From Eubacteriales bacterium (lineage in GTDB: Bacteria > Bacillota > Clostridia > Oscillospirales > CAG-272): a stretch of 64,000 bases of DNA. Of this stretch, positions 34,973 through 44,748 are shown one piece after another. The stretch spans positions 4,205 through 68,204 of the forward strand of contig JAZOWX010000033.1 in the NCBI GenBank assembly GCA_045659405.1. The letters are read 5' to 3'. A program made the position numbers and the translations under genes. The notes below the pieces were generated by a model that had not been told where the DNA came from, searched no databases, and worked only from the letters and a program-made list of their open reading frames with translations. The number at the start of each line of letters is the position of its first letter. Position 1 is the stretch's first letter.

Positions 34973-37849
34973 GTGATATGTATGGCAGCGGGAAAGGAAA
35001 AAATTACATTAACTCAAATATCCAAAGACTTCAACCTTAAGCCTAAGGACGTTATAGACGTATTCAAAAGCTTCGGCATCGAGAAAAAGAGCGGAGCTAC
35101 TGTTGAAAAGGACGATTTTGAGCTTTTCTTACAGAATATAACCATAAAAAATCAAATAAAGAATCTTGAAGCCTATTGCAGCGGAGCTGTAACTATAAAT
35201 TCGGTGCGCGAGACAAAGCCAAAGGCAGAGCCCAAGCCCGAAGCTAAAGCAGAGGTTAAAGCAGAGCCTAAAGCTGAAGTTAAGGCAGAGCCTAAAGCAG
35301 AGGTTAAAGCAGAAGTTAAGGCAGAAGTTAAGGTTGAGCCTAAACCTGTGACCAAGGCAGAGCCTAAAGCGCCGGAGACGAAAAGGGTTCAGCCTGCGCC
35401 GCAGCAGCGCAGCGGTGATAGACCCGAGCGCCGCCCGAATCCGCAGGATAGACAGTTCGGCGCAAGAGTACAGCGTGACGGTTATCAGCAGCGTGAGCCT
35501 TATTCAAAATATAATGCAAAGCCGCAGGATAATCCCTTTGCCAAGCGCATTGAGGGTATGAACAGACGTGCGGAGGGCAAGCCGATGCAGCGTCCTGCTT
35601 CAGCACAGCAGCCCCCTAAGACAGCGCAGCAGCCGACCAAGCCGGTTGAAGCTACGGCTCGTCCTGCACAGCAGGTAGCGCTCGAGCGTCAGAGACTTGC
35701 CGAGGAGCGAGCAAAGCAGGCGCAGGCGGCACAGCAGGCGGCACAGCCCCAGCAGAAGCGTGAAAAGGAAAAGGCGCAGAAGCAGCAATTCCGTAAGATT
35801 ACACCCGTGCTTGACGTTAAAAACGTTCAGGGCGGTGTAAATATCGGTGTGGATTATACCGATGCAAAGCAGGCAAAGACCAGAGTTGTCGATATGAGAA
35901 CCTCTGACGTAAACCTGTCAAAATATGACGACCACTATAACGATCAGTACTACGCTATAATGAACGGTACTGATAATAAGAGCTCCAAGCAGAAGCTTAA
36001 GAAGCAGGATAACAAGGGTCAAAATGCAAAGAGCGCCAAGGATAAGGAGCGCCTTGCGCAGGAAAAAATCAAGCGTATGGAAGCAGAGCGTGCAAGAAAC
36101 AAACCGCTTGAAATTACCGTTCCCGATGAGATAACAGTATCCGAGCTTGCCACAAGACTTAAAAAGGCTTCGGGTGAGGTTATCAAGAAGCTTATGCTTA
36201 TGGGCGAGATGAAGGGACTTAACGACGTCGTTGATTACGACACCGCAGAGCTTATTGCCGATGAGTTTGGAGCAAAGGTGACACGTGAGATTGTCGTTAC
36301 AATAGAAGAGCGTCTGTTTACCGAGGCGGAGGACAGCGATGAAGACCTCGTCGAGCGCGCACCCGTAGTATGCGTTATGGGTCACGTTGACCACGGTAAA
36401 ACTTCAATTCTTGATGCTATAAGACACACAAACGTTACCCGTGGAGAAGCGGGCGGTATTACTCAGGCTATCGGCGCTTACAGAGTTGTGGCGCAGGGCA
36501 AGGATATTACCTTCCTTGACACTCCCGGTCACGAGGCGTTTACCGCAATGCGTATGCGCGGAGCAAAGTCTACCGATATTGCAATTCTCGTAGTAGCAGC
36601 CGACGACGGTGTTATGCCGCAGACTATTGAGGCTATAAATCACGCAAAGGCGGCAGGAATAGATATTATAGTTGCTATAAATAAAATGGATAAGCCGCAG
36701 GCTAATCCCGACAACGTGCTTAACCAGCTCACACAGCACGAGCTTGTTCCCGAGGCATGGGGCGGTGACGTTATCTGCGTTCCCGTATCTGCTCACACGG
36801 GTATGGGTATTGACGACCTTCTCGAGAGCGTTTTGCTTGTTGCCGAGGTTAAGGAGCTTAAGGCGAACCCCGCAAGACGTGCAAAGGGTATCGTAATCGA
36901 GTCCAAGCTTGACAAGGGACGTGGACCTGTTGCAACCGTTCTTGTTCAGAACGGTACGCTTCATCAGGGAGACTACGTTATCGTAGGAAATGCTGTTGGC
37001 CGTGTACGTGCTATGATAGACGACAAGGGCAAGAATACAAAGATTGCAGGACCTTCGGTTCCTGTTGAGATTGTAGGTCTTGACGACGTTCCGCAGGCGG
37101 GCGACGAGCTTAATGCTGTTGAAAACGAGAGAATGGCAAGAGACCTTGCCGAGCAGCGCCGTGAAAAGCAGCGTCAGGAAATACTTGCCGCTAACGCAAG
37201 AGTTAATCTTGACGAGCTGTTCAGCCAGATATCCGACGGTGTCAAGACACTTAATATCGTCGTTAAGGCCGACGTTGCAGGCTCTGCCGAGGCTGTAAAG
37301 GCTTCGCTTATGAAGCTGTCGGGTGATGAGGTAAAGGTAAGCGTTATTCACTCTGCCGTTGGCGGAATTACAGAATCCGACGTAATGCTTGCAGCTGCTT
37401 CAAACGCAATTATCGTAGGCTTTAACGTCCGTCCTGACAGAAATGCGCTTGATTCGGCAGACAGAAACAAGGTTGATATACGTACTCACCGCATAATCTA
37501 TGAAATAATAGACGAGGTTGAGGCGGCTATGAAGGGTATGCTTTCGCCTACCTATCACGAGGTGCTGCTTGGTCACGCAGAGGTTCGTCAGACCATCCGT
37601 GTTCCCAACGTCGGTATCATTGCAGGATGTTACGTTCAGAACGGAAAGATTACACGTCAGTCGCAGATAAGAATTGTGCGTGACGGTGTTGTTATCTTCG
37701 AGGACAAGATTTCCTCTCTCCGCCGCTTTAAGGACGACGTTCGTGAGGTGGCAGAGGGATATGAATGCGGTGTCGGTATTGAGAAATTCAACGACATAAG
37801 AGAGGGCGATACTCTCGAAGCATTCATTATGGAAGAGGTAAAAAGATAA
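34973..37849 (+). CDS. infB: translation initiation factor IF-2
   Basis: GTPase motifs [16 protein letters not shown] and NKMD, with a conserved C-terminal domain. The start is ambiguous between GTG 34973 and ATG 34982. Confidence 0.95.
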   Translation: MICMAAGKEKITLTQISKDFNLKPKDVIDVFKSFGIEKKSGATVEKDDFELFLQNITIKNQIKNLEAYCSGAVTINSVRETKPKAEPKPEAKAEVKAEPKAEVKAEPKAEVKAEVKAEVKVEPKPVTKAEPKAPETKRVQPAPQQRSGDRPERRPNPQDRQFGARVQRDGYQQREPYSKYNAKPQDNPFAKRIEGMNRRAEGKPMQRPASAQQPPKTAQQPTKPVEATARPAQQVALERQRLAEERAKQAQAAQQAAQPQQKREKEKAQKQQFRKITPVLDVKNVQGGVNIGVDYTDAKQAKTRVVDMRTSDVNLSKYDDHYNDQYYAIMNGTDNKSSKQKLKKQDNKGQNAKSAKDKERLAQEKIKRMEAERARNKPLEITVPDEITVSELATRLKKASGEVIKKLMLMGEMKGLNDVVDYDTAELIADEFGAKVTREIVVTIEERLFTEAEDSDEDLVERAPVVCVMGHVDHGKTSILDAIRHTNVTRGEAGGITQAIGAYRVVAQGKDITFLDTPGHEAFTAMRMRGAKSTDIAILVVAADDGVMPQTIEAINHAKAAGIDIIVAINKMDKPQANPDNVLNQLTQHELVPEAWGGDVICVPVSAHTGMGIDDLLESVLLVAEVKELKANPARRAKGIVIESKLDKGRGPVATVLVQNGTLHQGDYVIVGNAVGRVRAMIDDKGKNTKIAGPSVPVEIVGLDDVPQAGDELNAVENERMARDLAEQRREKQRQEILAANARVNLDELFSQISDGVKTLNIVVKADVAGSAEAVKASLMKLSGDEVKVSVIHSAVGGITESDVMLAAASNAIIVGFNVRPDRNALDSADRNKVDIRTHRIIYEIIDEVEAAMKGMLSPTYHEVLLGHAEVRQTIRVPNVGIIAGCYVQNGKITRQSQIRIVRDGVVIFEDKISSLRRFKDDVREVAEGYECGVGIEKFNDIREGDTLEAFIMEEVKR
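35218..35370 (+). repeat. low-complexity KAE[VP]K tandem repeats in the IF-2 N-terminal region
   Basis: The translation reads [52 protein letters not shown]. Confidence 0.7.
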
Positions 37850-37934
37850 CTTTTGTTTGCAAAAACCGAGGCTTTTGTCAGCAAAAGCTTGAAAGCTTCC
37901 TTTAAAATCAGTGATAATTTAAACAAAAAACAAA

Positions 37935-37980
37935 GCGGCATTTTCGAAAAAATCAAAGCTCGAAAATGCCGCTTTAAATA
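37935..37980 (+). terminator. rho-independent terminator downstream of infB
   Basis: GCGGCATTTTCG (37935-37946) pairs with CGAAAATGCCGC (37961-37972), followed by TTTAAAT. Confidence 0.55.
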
Positions 37981-38097
37981 TAAGCTGCAGCTACGAATGT
38001 CAATATTGTACAACTATCGGTAAAAATAAATGTAGCACTTATTTTAACTTGAAGCTATAATTTAAATAAAAGGCAACTGCCGAAAAGGAGATGTAAT

Positions 38098-39066
38098 ATG
38101 GAATTAAGCGTACTTGCTAACCTCTACGGAGCAAAATCACTTGATGAAACCTTGAAAATTCTTACAGATCTTGGAGTTTATACTGTCGAGATAGGTGCGG
38201 GCGGCTACCCCGGAAAGGCACACTGTGACCCTGCCGCTTTGCTTGCAGATGAGAAAAAATATAACGAGTTTGTGAAAACCTTTCAAAAATACGGTGTAAA
38301 AATCTGCGCCCTTGCCACTCACGGCAACCCTCTGCATCCGAACAAGGCTATTGCCGCAGAGTTTGATACGGATTTCAGAAATGCCGTGCTTCTTGCAGAG
38401 CGTCTCGGTGTTGATACGGTTATAACGTTTTCGGGCTGTCCCGGCGACCACGAGGGAGCAAAGATGCCCAACTGGGTAACCTGTCCTTGGCCTGATGATT
38501 TTACCGAGATACTTAACTGGCAGTGGGAGCAAAAGGTTATTCCTTATTGGAAGAATATGTCCGAATTCGTAAAAGCGCATAACGTGCCGAGAATAGCCTT
38601 TGAAATGCACCCCGGCTTCTGCGTATATAACCCTGAAAGCTTACTTAAGCTCCGCCTTGCTGTCGGTGACGCTATCGGTGCAAACCTTGATCCCTCTCAC
38701 TTGATATGGCAGGGTATTGACCCGGTTATGGCGGTTCGTGTGCTTCGTGGCGCTATCTACCACGTTCACGCAAAGGATACGAGAATTGATAAATACAATA
38801 CCGCCGCAAACGGTGTGCTTGATACCAAGCATTACGCAAGAGAATCCGAGCGTTCCTGGGTGTTCCGCACCGTAGGCTACGGAAACGGCGAGGGCTATTG
38901 GCGTGACTTCGTATCCGAGCTTCAGCTTGCCGGATATGACAGAGTTCTCTCTATCGAGCACGAGGACAGCTATATGTCTATCGACGAAGGACTCAAAAAG
39001 GCTGTCGCTTTCTTAAAGGACATTATAATAACCGAGCCGAAACCCACTAGTATGAGCTGGGCATAA
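38098..39066 (+). CDS. sugar phosphate isomerase/epimerase (xylose isomerase-like TIM barrel)
   Basis: Family-typical pattern (VEIGAGGYPG, AFEMHPG, HVHAKD, SIEHED). Confidence 0.8.
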   Translation: MELSVLANLYGAKSLDETLKILTDLGVYTVEIGAGGYPGKAHCDPAALLADEKKYNEFVKTFQKYGVKICALATHGNPLHPNKAIAAEFDTDFRNAVLLAERLGVDTVITFSGCPGDHEGAKMPNWVTCPWPDDFTEILNWQWEQKVIPYWKNMSEFVKAHNVPRIAFEMHPGFCVYNPESLLKLRLAVGDAIGANLDPSHLIWQGIDPVMAVRVLRGAIYHVHAKDTRIDKYNTAANGVLDTKHYARESERSWVFRTVGYGNGEGYWRDFVSELQLAGYDRVLSIEHEDSYMSIDEGLKKAVAFLKDIIITEPKPTSMSWA

Positions 39067-39109
39067 GCTGAACCTTTTGGGATAAAAAAGTCATTGAATG
39101 CAAATAAAC

Positions 39110-39139
39110 AAACCCGTGCATACCAAAATGCACGGGTTT
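39110..39139. terminator. bidirectional terminator between convergent genes
   Basis: AAACCCGTGCAT (39110-39121) pairs with ATGCACGGGTTT (39128-39139) across a 6-nt loop, with T-rich flanks on both strands. Confidence 0.65.
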
Positions 39140-39163
39140 ATTTGCTTGAAAATGTTTTTGGGG

Positions 39164-41063
39164 TTACTTGAACTTAACCGTCTTTTTCTCACCGATTTTG
39201 AGATTTACCTTTGCAAAGTCGCAAAGCAGCTTTTTGGGGTTGAGCTTTTTATTTTTGTCGGGCGTGGGAGCTTCAAATTTCAGAACAGAGTATGCGGTGT
39301 TATACGGGCCATTGTTTACAAGCTCTACCGTGTTTTCGTCTATCCAGTTTTCTTTGATATCAGAGTAGGTAAGTCCGTGACCGAACTCAAATACGGGAGT
39401 GCCGCTGAAATACTTATAGGTTCTGTTTTCCATACTGTAATCTCTGAACGGCGGCAGGTCGGAGTCGCTCTCGTAGAAGGTAACGGGGAGTCTTCCGCTC
39501 GGGGATAGCTTTCCGAATAAAATATTCGCAAGTGCATCGCCACCCGTAGCTCCGGGGTAGAAGCACTGAATAACTGCACTGCAGTTTTTCTTTTGGTCGC
39601 CAAGCGCCATACAGCTTCCCGAAACGTTTACGAAAACGATAGGCTTGCCCACGGCCTTGACAGCCTCGTAAAGCTCTTTTTGAACCTTTGGCAGGGAGAT
39701 AGTCGCCTTGTCTCCGCTGAGCTGTGCCAGGCTGTACTGGTCAACCTCCTCGCCCTCGTATTCGGGTGTGATACCCATACACATAATTACAACGTCACAC
39801 ATTTTTGCCACAGTAACCGCCTCAATTACAGTACGCTCCTCGTATCTGTTAGGCTCAAGCATATGGTTACAGCCTCTGGCATACATAACCTCTGCCTGCT
39901 TCTGTATACCTGCAAGAAGTGTTGTGTAGCTTGACGGTGTGCCGTTATAGTTTCCGATAAGCACGGCACGGTTGTCGGCATTCGGTCCGATAACCGCTAT
40001 TTTTTTGCTCTTGTCGAGCGGTAAAATGCCATTGTTTTTAAGAAGAACTATGGATTCCTCTGCAAGCTTTTGGTTGAGCTTTTTGTGCTTTTTACAGTCG
40101 ATAACGTCATAAGGAATATTATCGTATTCGCAGTCGTCTGCAAACATTCCGAGCCTGAAGCGTGCTTCGAAGAGCTTTGTTACAGCCTCGTCTATGCGCT
40201 CGTCTGTAATAAGTCCGCGCTCGTATGCATCCTCAAGGTTTTCGTAAGCATCGCCAATGCAAAGCTCACAGCCCATATTGACAGCCATAGCGGCACTTTC
40301 GGTCACGTCACGTGTAAGTGCGTGATACTGATTTATGTACTCAACTCCCGCGGCGTCAGACATAACGAAGCCGTCGAATTTATACTCATCACGAAGAATA
40401 TCAATAAGCAGAGTTTTACTTGCTGTACACGGCTCTCGGTTTACTGCGTTATAAGCGCCCATTACAGCCGAGGGCTTTGCATTTTCGACACAGTATTTGA
40501 ATGCCGCAAGATAGGTGTCATCCATAGTTTCTCTATCTATGTCAACGTTGAGTCCTCGGCGCTCTGCTTCCGGGCCTGAATGAACGGCATAATGCTTAAG
40601 CGTAGCGTCAGCCTTTCTGTATTTGCCGTTTCCTTGAAGTCCCTTTACGAATTCTGTCGCAAGCATACCCGTAAGAGTCGGGTCCTCGCCAAAGGTTTCG
40701 TGGCCTCTGCCCCATCTGGGGTCACGGAATATATTTATGTTGGGGCTGCACATTGTAAGACCTTGATAAATGTCGGTGTACCCCCTGCTTTTTGTTTTCG
40801 TTATACTTTGCACGCACCTCGTCGGAAATAGCCGCACCCACCTTTTTAAGCGCCGCCTTGTTGAAGCTTGCCGCCATGCCGATAACCTGCGGGAATACGG
40901 TTGCCGTGCCGTTTCTTGCAGCGCCGTGCAGACACTCGCTCCACCAGTTGTATGCGGGAATGCCCAGTCTTTCAATAGCGGGGGCATTGTATTTCATTTG
41001 AGAAAGCTTTTCCGAAACGGTCATTTTCGAGACCAGCTCTTTTGCCATTTTTCTAAAATTCAT
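39164..41063 (-). pseudogene. glycoside hydrolase family 3 (beta-glucosidase/beta-xylosidase-like), split by a +1-nt frameshift
   Basis: The N-terminal ORF (41063..40722) ends ...VRAKYNENKKQG and then reads out of frame. The second frame continues GYTDIYQGLTMCSPNINIFRDPRWGRGHETFGEDP. Removing one G from the GGGGG run (plus-strand C5 at 40781-40785) joins them. Confidence 0.8.
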
Positions 41064-41379
41064 ATAAAAAAACTCCTGATTTTGACAACTTAAGATTGCA
41101 TTATTGCTTTGTTTTCGCTATGTTTCCCGATGTCCTGTTTGATTGCTGTTTTCGGCAGCTTTTGTTCCCTGTATAATATAATGTAAGCGTCAAGCCGTCG
41201 GAAAAAGAGACGGATAAAGTATTATGAGAAGCTTCACCGCTTTGCAAGACAAACAAAGGACTTCGGTTTTAATCTTTCGCACCTCTTTAAATAAAACTAC
41301 TATATAAATTATATCATTCAAGGATTAAAAGTCAACTCGCTTTTTGGACAAAAGTGAAGTGCAATGTCCAAATCCGACG

Positions 41380-41424
41380 TATAAAAATACGGACAAAGAG
41401 ATTAAATTTGCACTCTCTTTGTCC
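41380..41424 (-). terminator. rho-independent terminator of the 41453..42652 gene
   Basis: GGACAAAGAGA (41391-41401) pairs with TCTCTTTGTCC (41414-41424). On the minus strand the stem is followed by GTATTTTTAT. Confidence 0.55.
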
Positions 41425-41452
41425 GTAATTATTATTCATTTTACGATTAAGG

Positions 41453-42652
41453 TCAATCGTTGGTGTAGTTATCGAAATATCCCTGAATATAGATAATCGG
41501 TGTACCCTTATCGCCAGAACCTGATGTAAGGTCGCAAAGCGAACCGATAAGGTCGGTAAGTCTTCTCGGAGTAGTACCCTCCGAAGCCATATTTCCGACA
41601 AGGTTTGCATCCTTTTTGGAAATTTCGGATTTTATAGCTGCCTTGAGCGCATCACCCTCAAGAGATGCGAAATCGTTATCCGCAAGATACTTGAGCTTAA
41701 GCTCGTTGGGTGTACCCTCAAGTCCTTTGGTGTAAGCGGGCGAAACAACCGGATCTGCAAGCTCCCAGATCTTTCCGACAGGATCCTTGAATGCTCCGTC
41801 ACCGTATACCATAACCTCTACGTTTTTACCGGTTTTTTCTGCGAGTCTTGCCTGAATAGCATCTACGAGCGCCTGGCAGTCTCTGGGGAAGAGCTTTACT
41901 GTGTCCTCTGTTGCCTTGTTTGAGCCAAGCAGACCGTAATCTGCATTAAAGCCGCCCATTTTACCGGGCTCTGTCATAATTTCGTCAAGACCGAATACGC
42001 ATTCAGCACCTGCCGCACGGAGAATACGCTTTGTTCTTGCTCTTGTGTGTATGTCACAGTTAAGCACGTTCTTTGTATAGCTGAGGACTGCTCTTGCGTC
42101 GTTTGCAAAGATTATAACGGGTTCAGCACCCTCCTCACGAATGATGCTTTCGTAATATGCAACGTAGTCGATGCCGGTAAATCTGTGCTTCTCGTAGCCG
42201 AACAGCTCTCTGTATTTTTCAAGAGTCAATACGTCCGAATAGGGGTTAACACCCTTTTCGTCGATAGCGTCAAGACTTATAAGATGATTTCCAACCTCGT
42301 CAGAGGGGTAAGACAGAGCAAGTACAACTCGCTTCGTACCTCTTGCTATACCGCGAAGACAAATAGCAAATCTGTTACGCGAGAGGATGGGGAAAACAAC
42401 AGCAACCTCCTCACCGCCGAACTTTTTGCGAACGTCCTCGGCTATATCATCAACGGATGCGTAGTTACCCTGTGCTCTGGCAACGATAGCTTCCGTCATT
42501 GCAACGATGTCTTTGTCACGGACCTTGAAGCCGTCCTCGGTGTCGTTAGCTGCCATAAGCACCGATTCGGTAACGATGTCTATCAGATTATCACCGCTTC
42601 TGATGATTGGTGCACGAACACCTCGAGATACAGTACCGACCATACGACTCAT
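41453..42652 (-). CDS. CofE-like (F420-0:gamma-glutamyl ligase family) protein
   Basis: VRAPIIRSGDNL...DKDIVAMTEAIVARAQGN resembles the F420_ligase fold family. I chose the ATG at 42652 because it has an AAAGGAG RBS 9 nt upstream. Confidence 0.5.
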   Translation of the reverse strand: MSRMVGTVSRGVRAPIIRSGDNLIDIVTESVLMAANDTEDGFKVRDKDIVAMTEAIVARAQGNYASVDDIAEDVRKKFGGEEVAVVFPILSRNRFAICLRGIARGTKRVVLALSYPSDEVGNHLISLDAIDEKGVNPYSDVLTLEKYRELFGYEKHRFTGIDYVAYYESIIREEGAEPVIIFANDARAVLSYTKNVLNCDIHTRARTKRILRAAGAECVFGLDEIMTEPGKMGGFNADYGLLGSNKATEDTVKLFPRDCQALVDAIQARLAEKTGKNVEVMVYGDGAFKDPVGKIWELADPVVSPAYTKGLEGTPNELKLKYLADNDFASLEGDALKAAIKSEISKKDANLVGNMASEGTTPRRLTDLIGSLCDLTSGSGDKGTPIIYIQGYFDNYTND

Positions 42653-42952
42653 AAGAAAAATCTCCTTTATATTCATACCGAAGCAAAAAACAGCCCGGTA
42701 AATTCAAAACCACTTATGTATTATATCAAAAAAAATGCTGTTTGTAAAGTAGTTAGATAAAAATATTTGAATGTAAATTGTAGAAAAATCCGAATATGCT
42801 TTTTTTGATGTTTGTACTAAATCTACAAAGCGGCAGCGATTATGCTGTGTGACGGTTAAAGTGCGGCTGTCGCTGCTGTATGCGTTTGTCATCACGGGAA
42901 TTTTTCTTGGGCGAAATTCGAAGCTTGCGCTCAAAAAGCCTTTCGCACGGTG

Positions 42953-43912
42953 TTATTTTTTCTCATCCTTGCCCTCTATATTCCTTATGTAGTGGAATAT
43001 ATATTGCTGTGCAATTCCTGCGTGTTTTCCGAACGCCTCATAGTCAAGATGACCACTAAAGTAGTCATTTATAGCCTTTTTAACCCATACGTCTATCGGG
43101 AATGCTTCCAAATTTCCAAAACCGAAGAGCGCAACGCAGGATGCAACCTTGTCACCGACACCCTTGATTTTTTTGAGTGTCTGGACGGTGTATTCATAGC
43201 TTTGACGCTCGGATATTTCGGACAGATTCACCTCGCCATCCGACACCGCCAGGGCTGATGCAAGTAGGTATTTATATCTGAAGCCGGGCTTTGAGGGCAG
43301 CATTTTTTCGGGTGCGGCAAGAATATCCGAGGGTGTGGGGAAGGAATAACATATTCCGCACTCACCGCAAGAGGCATCACACGGACGTGTGCCGTGCCGT
43401 AAGAGCGGACAGCATTCGTATTCTGCGGCAAGATTTCTACCGTAGGCACGGCAGATTGAGAAAAGAATTTTCCTGATTCTCGGTATGTTGTTGTTTTGGG
43501 AAACTATAAACGAAAACAGGGTTTCCCATTCGTCCTGGCGCAGAATTGCGATACCTTTAGCGCACTCGACTGCCGCCCTCATCCACTCTGAATCGGTAGA
43601 TTTTGCAATGCTTTGGCTGATGCTTTCATAATCGGTATCAAGCGAGAAGAAGCCTACTATTTTCTTTTCGAAATTTTCCTCATCGAGGCCGTAAAATATC
43701 AGCTCGCCCGCCCTGCTTTGTCCAACGCTTACAAGAAGCTCTCCGACGGGAATCAGATATTCTACGTATCCGTCCTTTTTGACCGTCAGCTCATAGCGGA
43801 ATATCTGTCCGCATTCGAGCGTATCATCCAATTTATAGCTGCCAAGACCGGATACGACAAGAGCATCTCTGCCGTTTACGGTTTTGTGTATTTTTGTGAA
43901 CATTTTTGACAA
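42953..43912 (-). CDS. ogg: 8-oxoguanine DNA glycosylase/AP lyase (Ogg, HhH-GPD superfamily) with Cys-rich insertion
   Basis: LECGQIFRY N-domain motif and the HhH-GPD segment KGVGDKVASCVALFG...FPIDVWV. Confidence 0.7.
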   Translation of the reverse strand: MSKMFTKIHKTVNGRDALVVSGLGSYKLDDTLECGQIFRYELTVKKDGYVEYLIPVGELLVSVGQSRAGELIFYGLDEENFEKKIVGFFSLDTDYESISQSIAKSTDSEWMRAAVECAKGIAILRQDEWETLFSFIVSQNNNIPRIRKILFSICRAYGRNLAAEYECCPLLRHGTRPCDASCGECGICYSFPTPSDILAAPEKMLPSKPGFRYKYLLASALAVSDGEVNLSEISERQSYEYTVQTLKKIKGVGDKVASCVALFGFGNLEAFPIDVWVKKAINDYFSGHLDYEAFGKHAGIAQQYIFHYIRNIEGKDEKK

Positions 43913-44026
43913 TCCCCTCTTGAAAATAGGTTATTTATGTTGTATAATGATAATGAATATTTTTATTTAAATATATTTTAACACATTTTTCTTTTGTGTG
44001 CAAGTACTTTTGTAAGGAGAGAGCAA

Positions 44027-44728
44027 GTGGAGCAGATATATACCATACCGGTAAACGAGGCGTTTGACAGAGTAACCGAGGGGGGCGAATGTGCCTGTCC
44101 TTTTTGTCTGCTTTACAAGAAGCTGGAGGAGGACGAGCTTGAAATAATCCTCGGAGCTTCGATGATGGAGCCTGACATAAGAATAAAGACCAATGAGCAG
44201 GGCTTTTGCGCAAGGCACTATTCGAAAATGCTTATAAGAAAGCGAATGCTCGGTATGGGGCTTATAATGCAGAGCCACCTTGCGGAGGTAGAAAAAAAGC
44301 TGAAAGGACCGACGGTTTCCCTGAATCCGAGAGCGGCATCGCTTTGTGAGCTGTCACGGCTTGAATGCGATTGCTACGTATGCGGCAGGATAAACAAAAA
44401 CATCGGTGCTATGACTGCAACTGCGGCATATCTTTGGGAGAGCGACCCCGCCTTTGAGAAGAAATTCTCAAAAATTCCATTTATTTGTCTGCCGCACTAC
44501 CGAGCGCTTATGGAATACGCATCAAAGAAGGTGAACAAAAAGAAGTATGCGGAGTTTCACGATACGGCAAAGGCTATCAACGAGTCTTATATGAAAACGC
44601 TTCGCGGCGACGTTGATTGGTTTTGCAAAAAATTCGATTACCGATACGATGAGGAGCCTTGGTATAACTCAAAGGATTCGGTGCAGCGCGGGATCAAATT
44701 TTTATCGGGCGATATGTCGCTTGACTGA
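44027..44728 (+). CDS. DUF6062-like Cys-rich hypothetical protein
   Basis: IYTIPVNEAF...CPFC...GFCARHY pattern. I chose the GTG at 44027 because an AAGGAGAG RBS lies 5 nt upstream. The domain is recognised from memory only. Confidence 0.5.
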   Translation: MEQIYTIPVNEAFDRVTEGGECACPFCLLYKKLEEDELEIILGASMMEPDIRIKTNEQGFCARHYSKMLIRKRMLGMGLIMQSHLAEVEKKLKGPTVSLNPRAASLCELSRLECDCYVCGRINKNIGAMTATAAYLWESDPAFEKKFSKIPFICLPHYRALMEYASKKVNKKKYAEFHDTAKAINESYMKTLRGDVDWFCKKFDYRYDEEPWYNSKDSVQRGIKFLSGDMSLD

Positions 44729-44748
44729 CTAAGGGGAGGGAATCTGCT

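Noticed and set aside
35918-37351. 158-aa and 315-aa minus-strand ORFs inside infB.
   Set aside because: They are antisense to the IF-2 GTPase region and have no motifs.
40788-40987. N-terminal ~65 aa of the 607-aa track ORF (MPPLLKDWAFPHTTGG...).
   Set aside because: This part is the wrong frame of the GH3 gene upstream of the frameshift. The true N-terminus is the 113-aa ORF starting at 41063.
42047-42760. 237-aa plus ORF overlapping the CofE-like gene.
   Set aside because: It is antisense to a gene with family-typical sequence and a good RBS and terminator.
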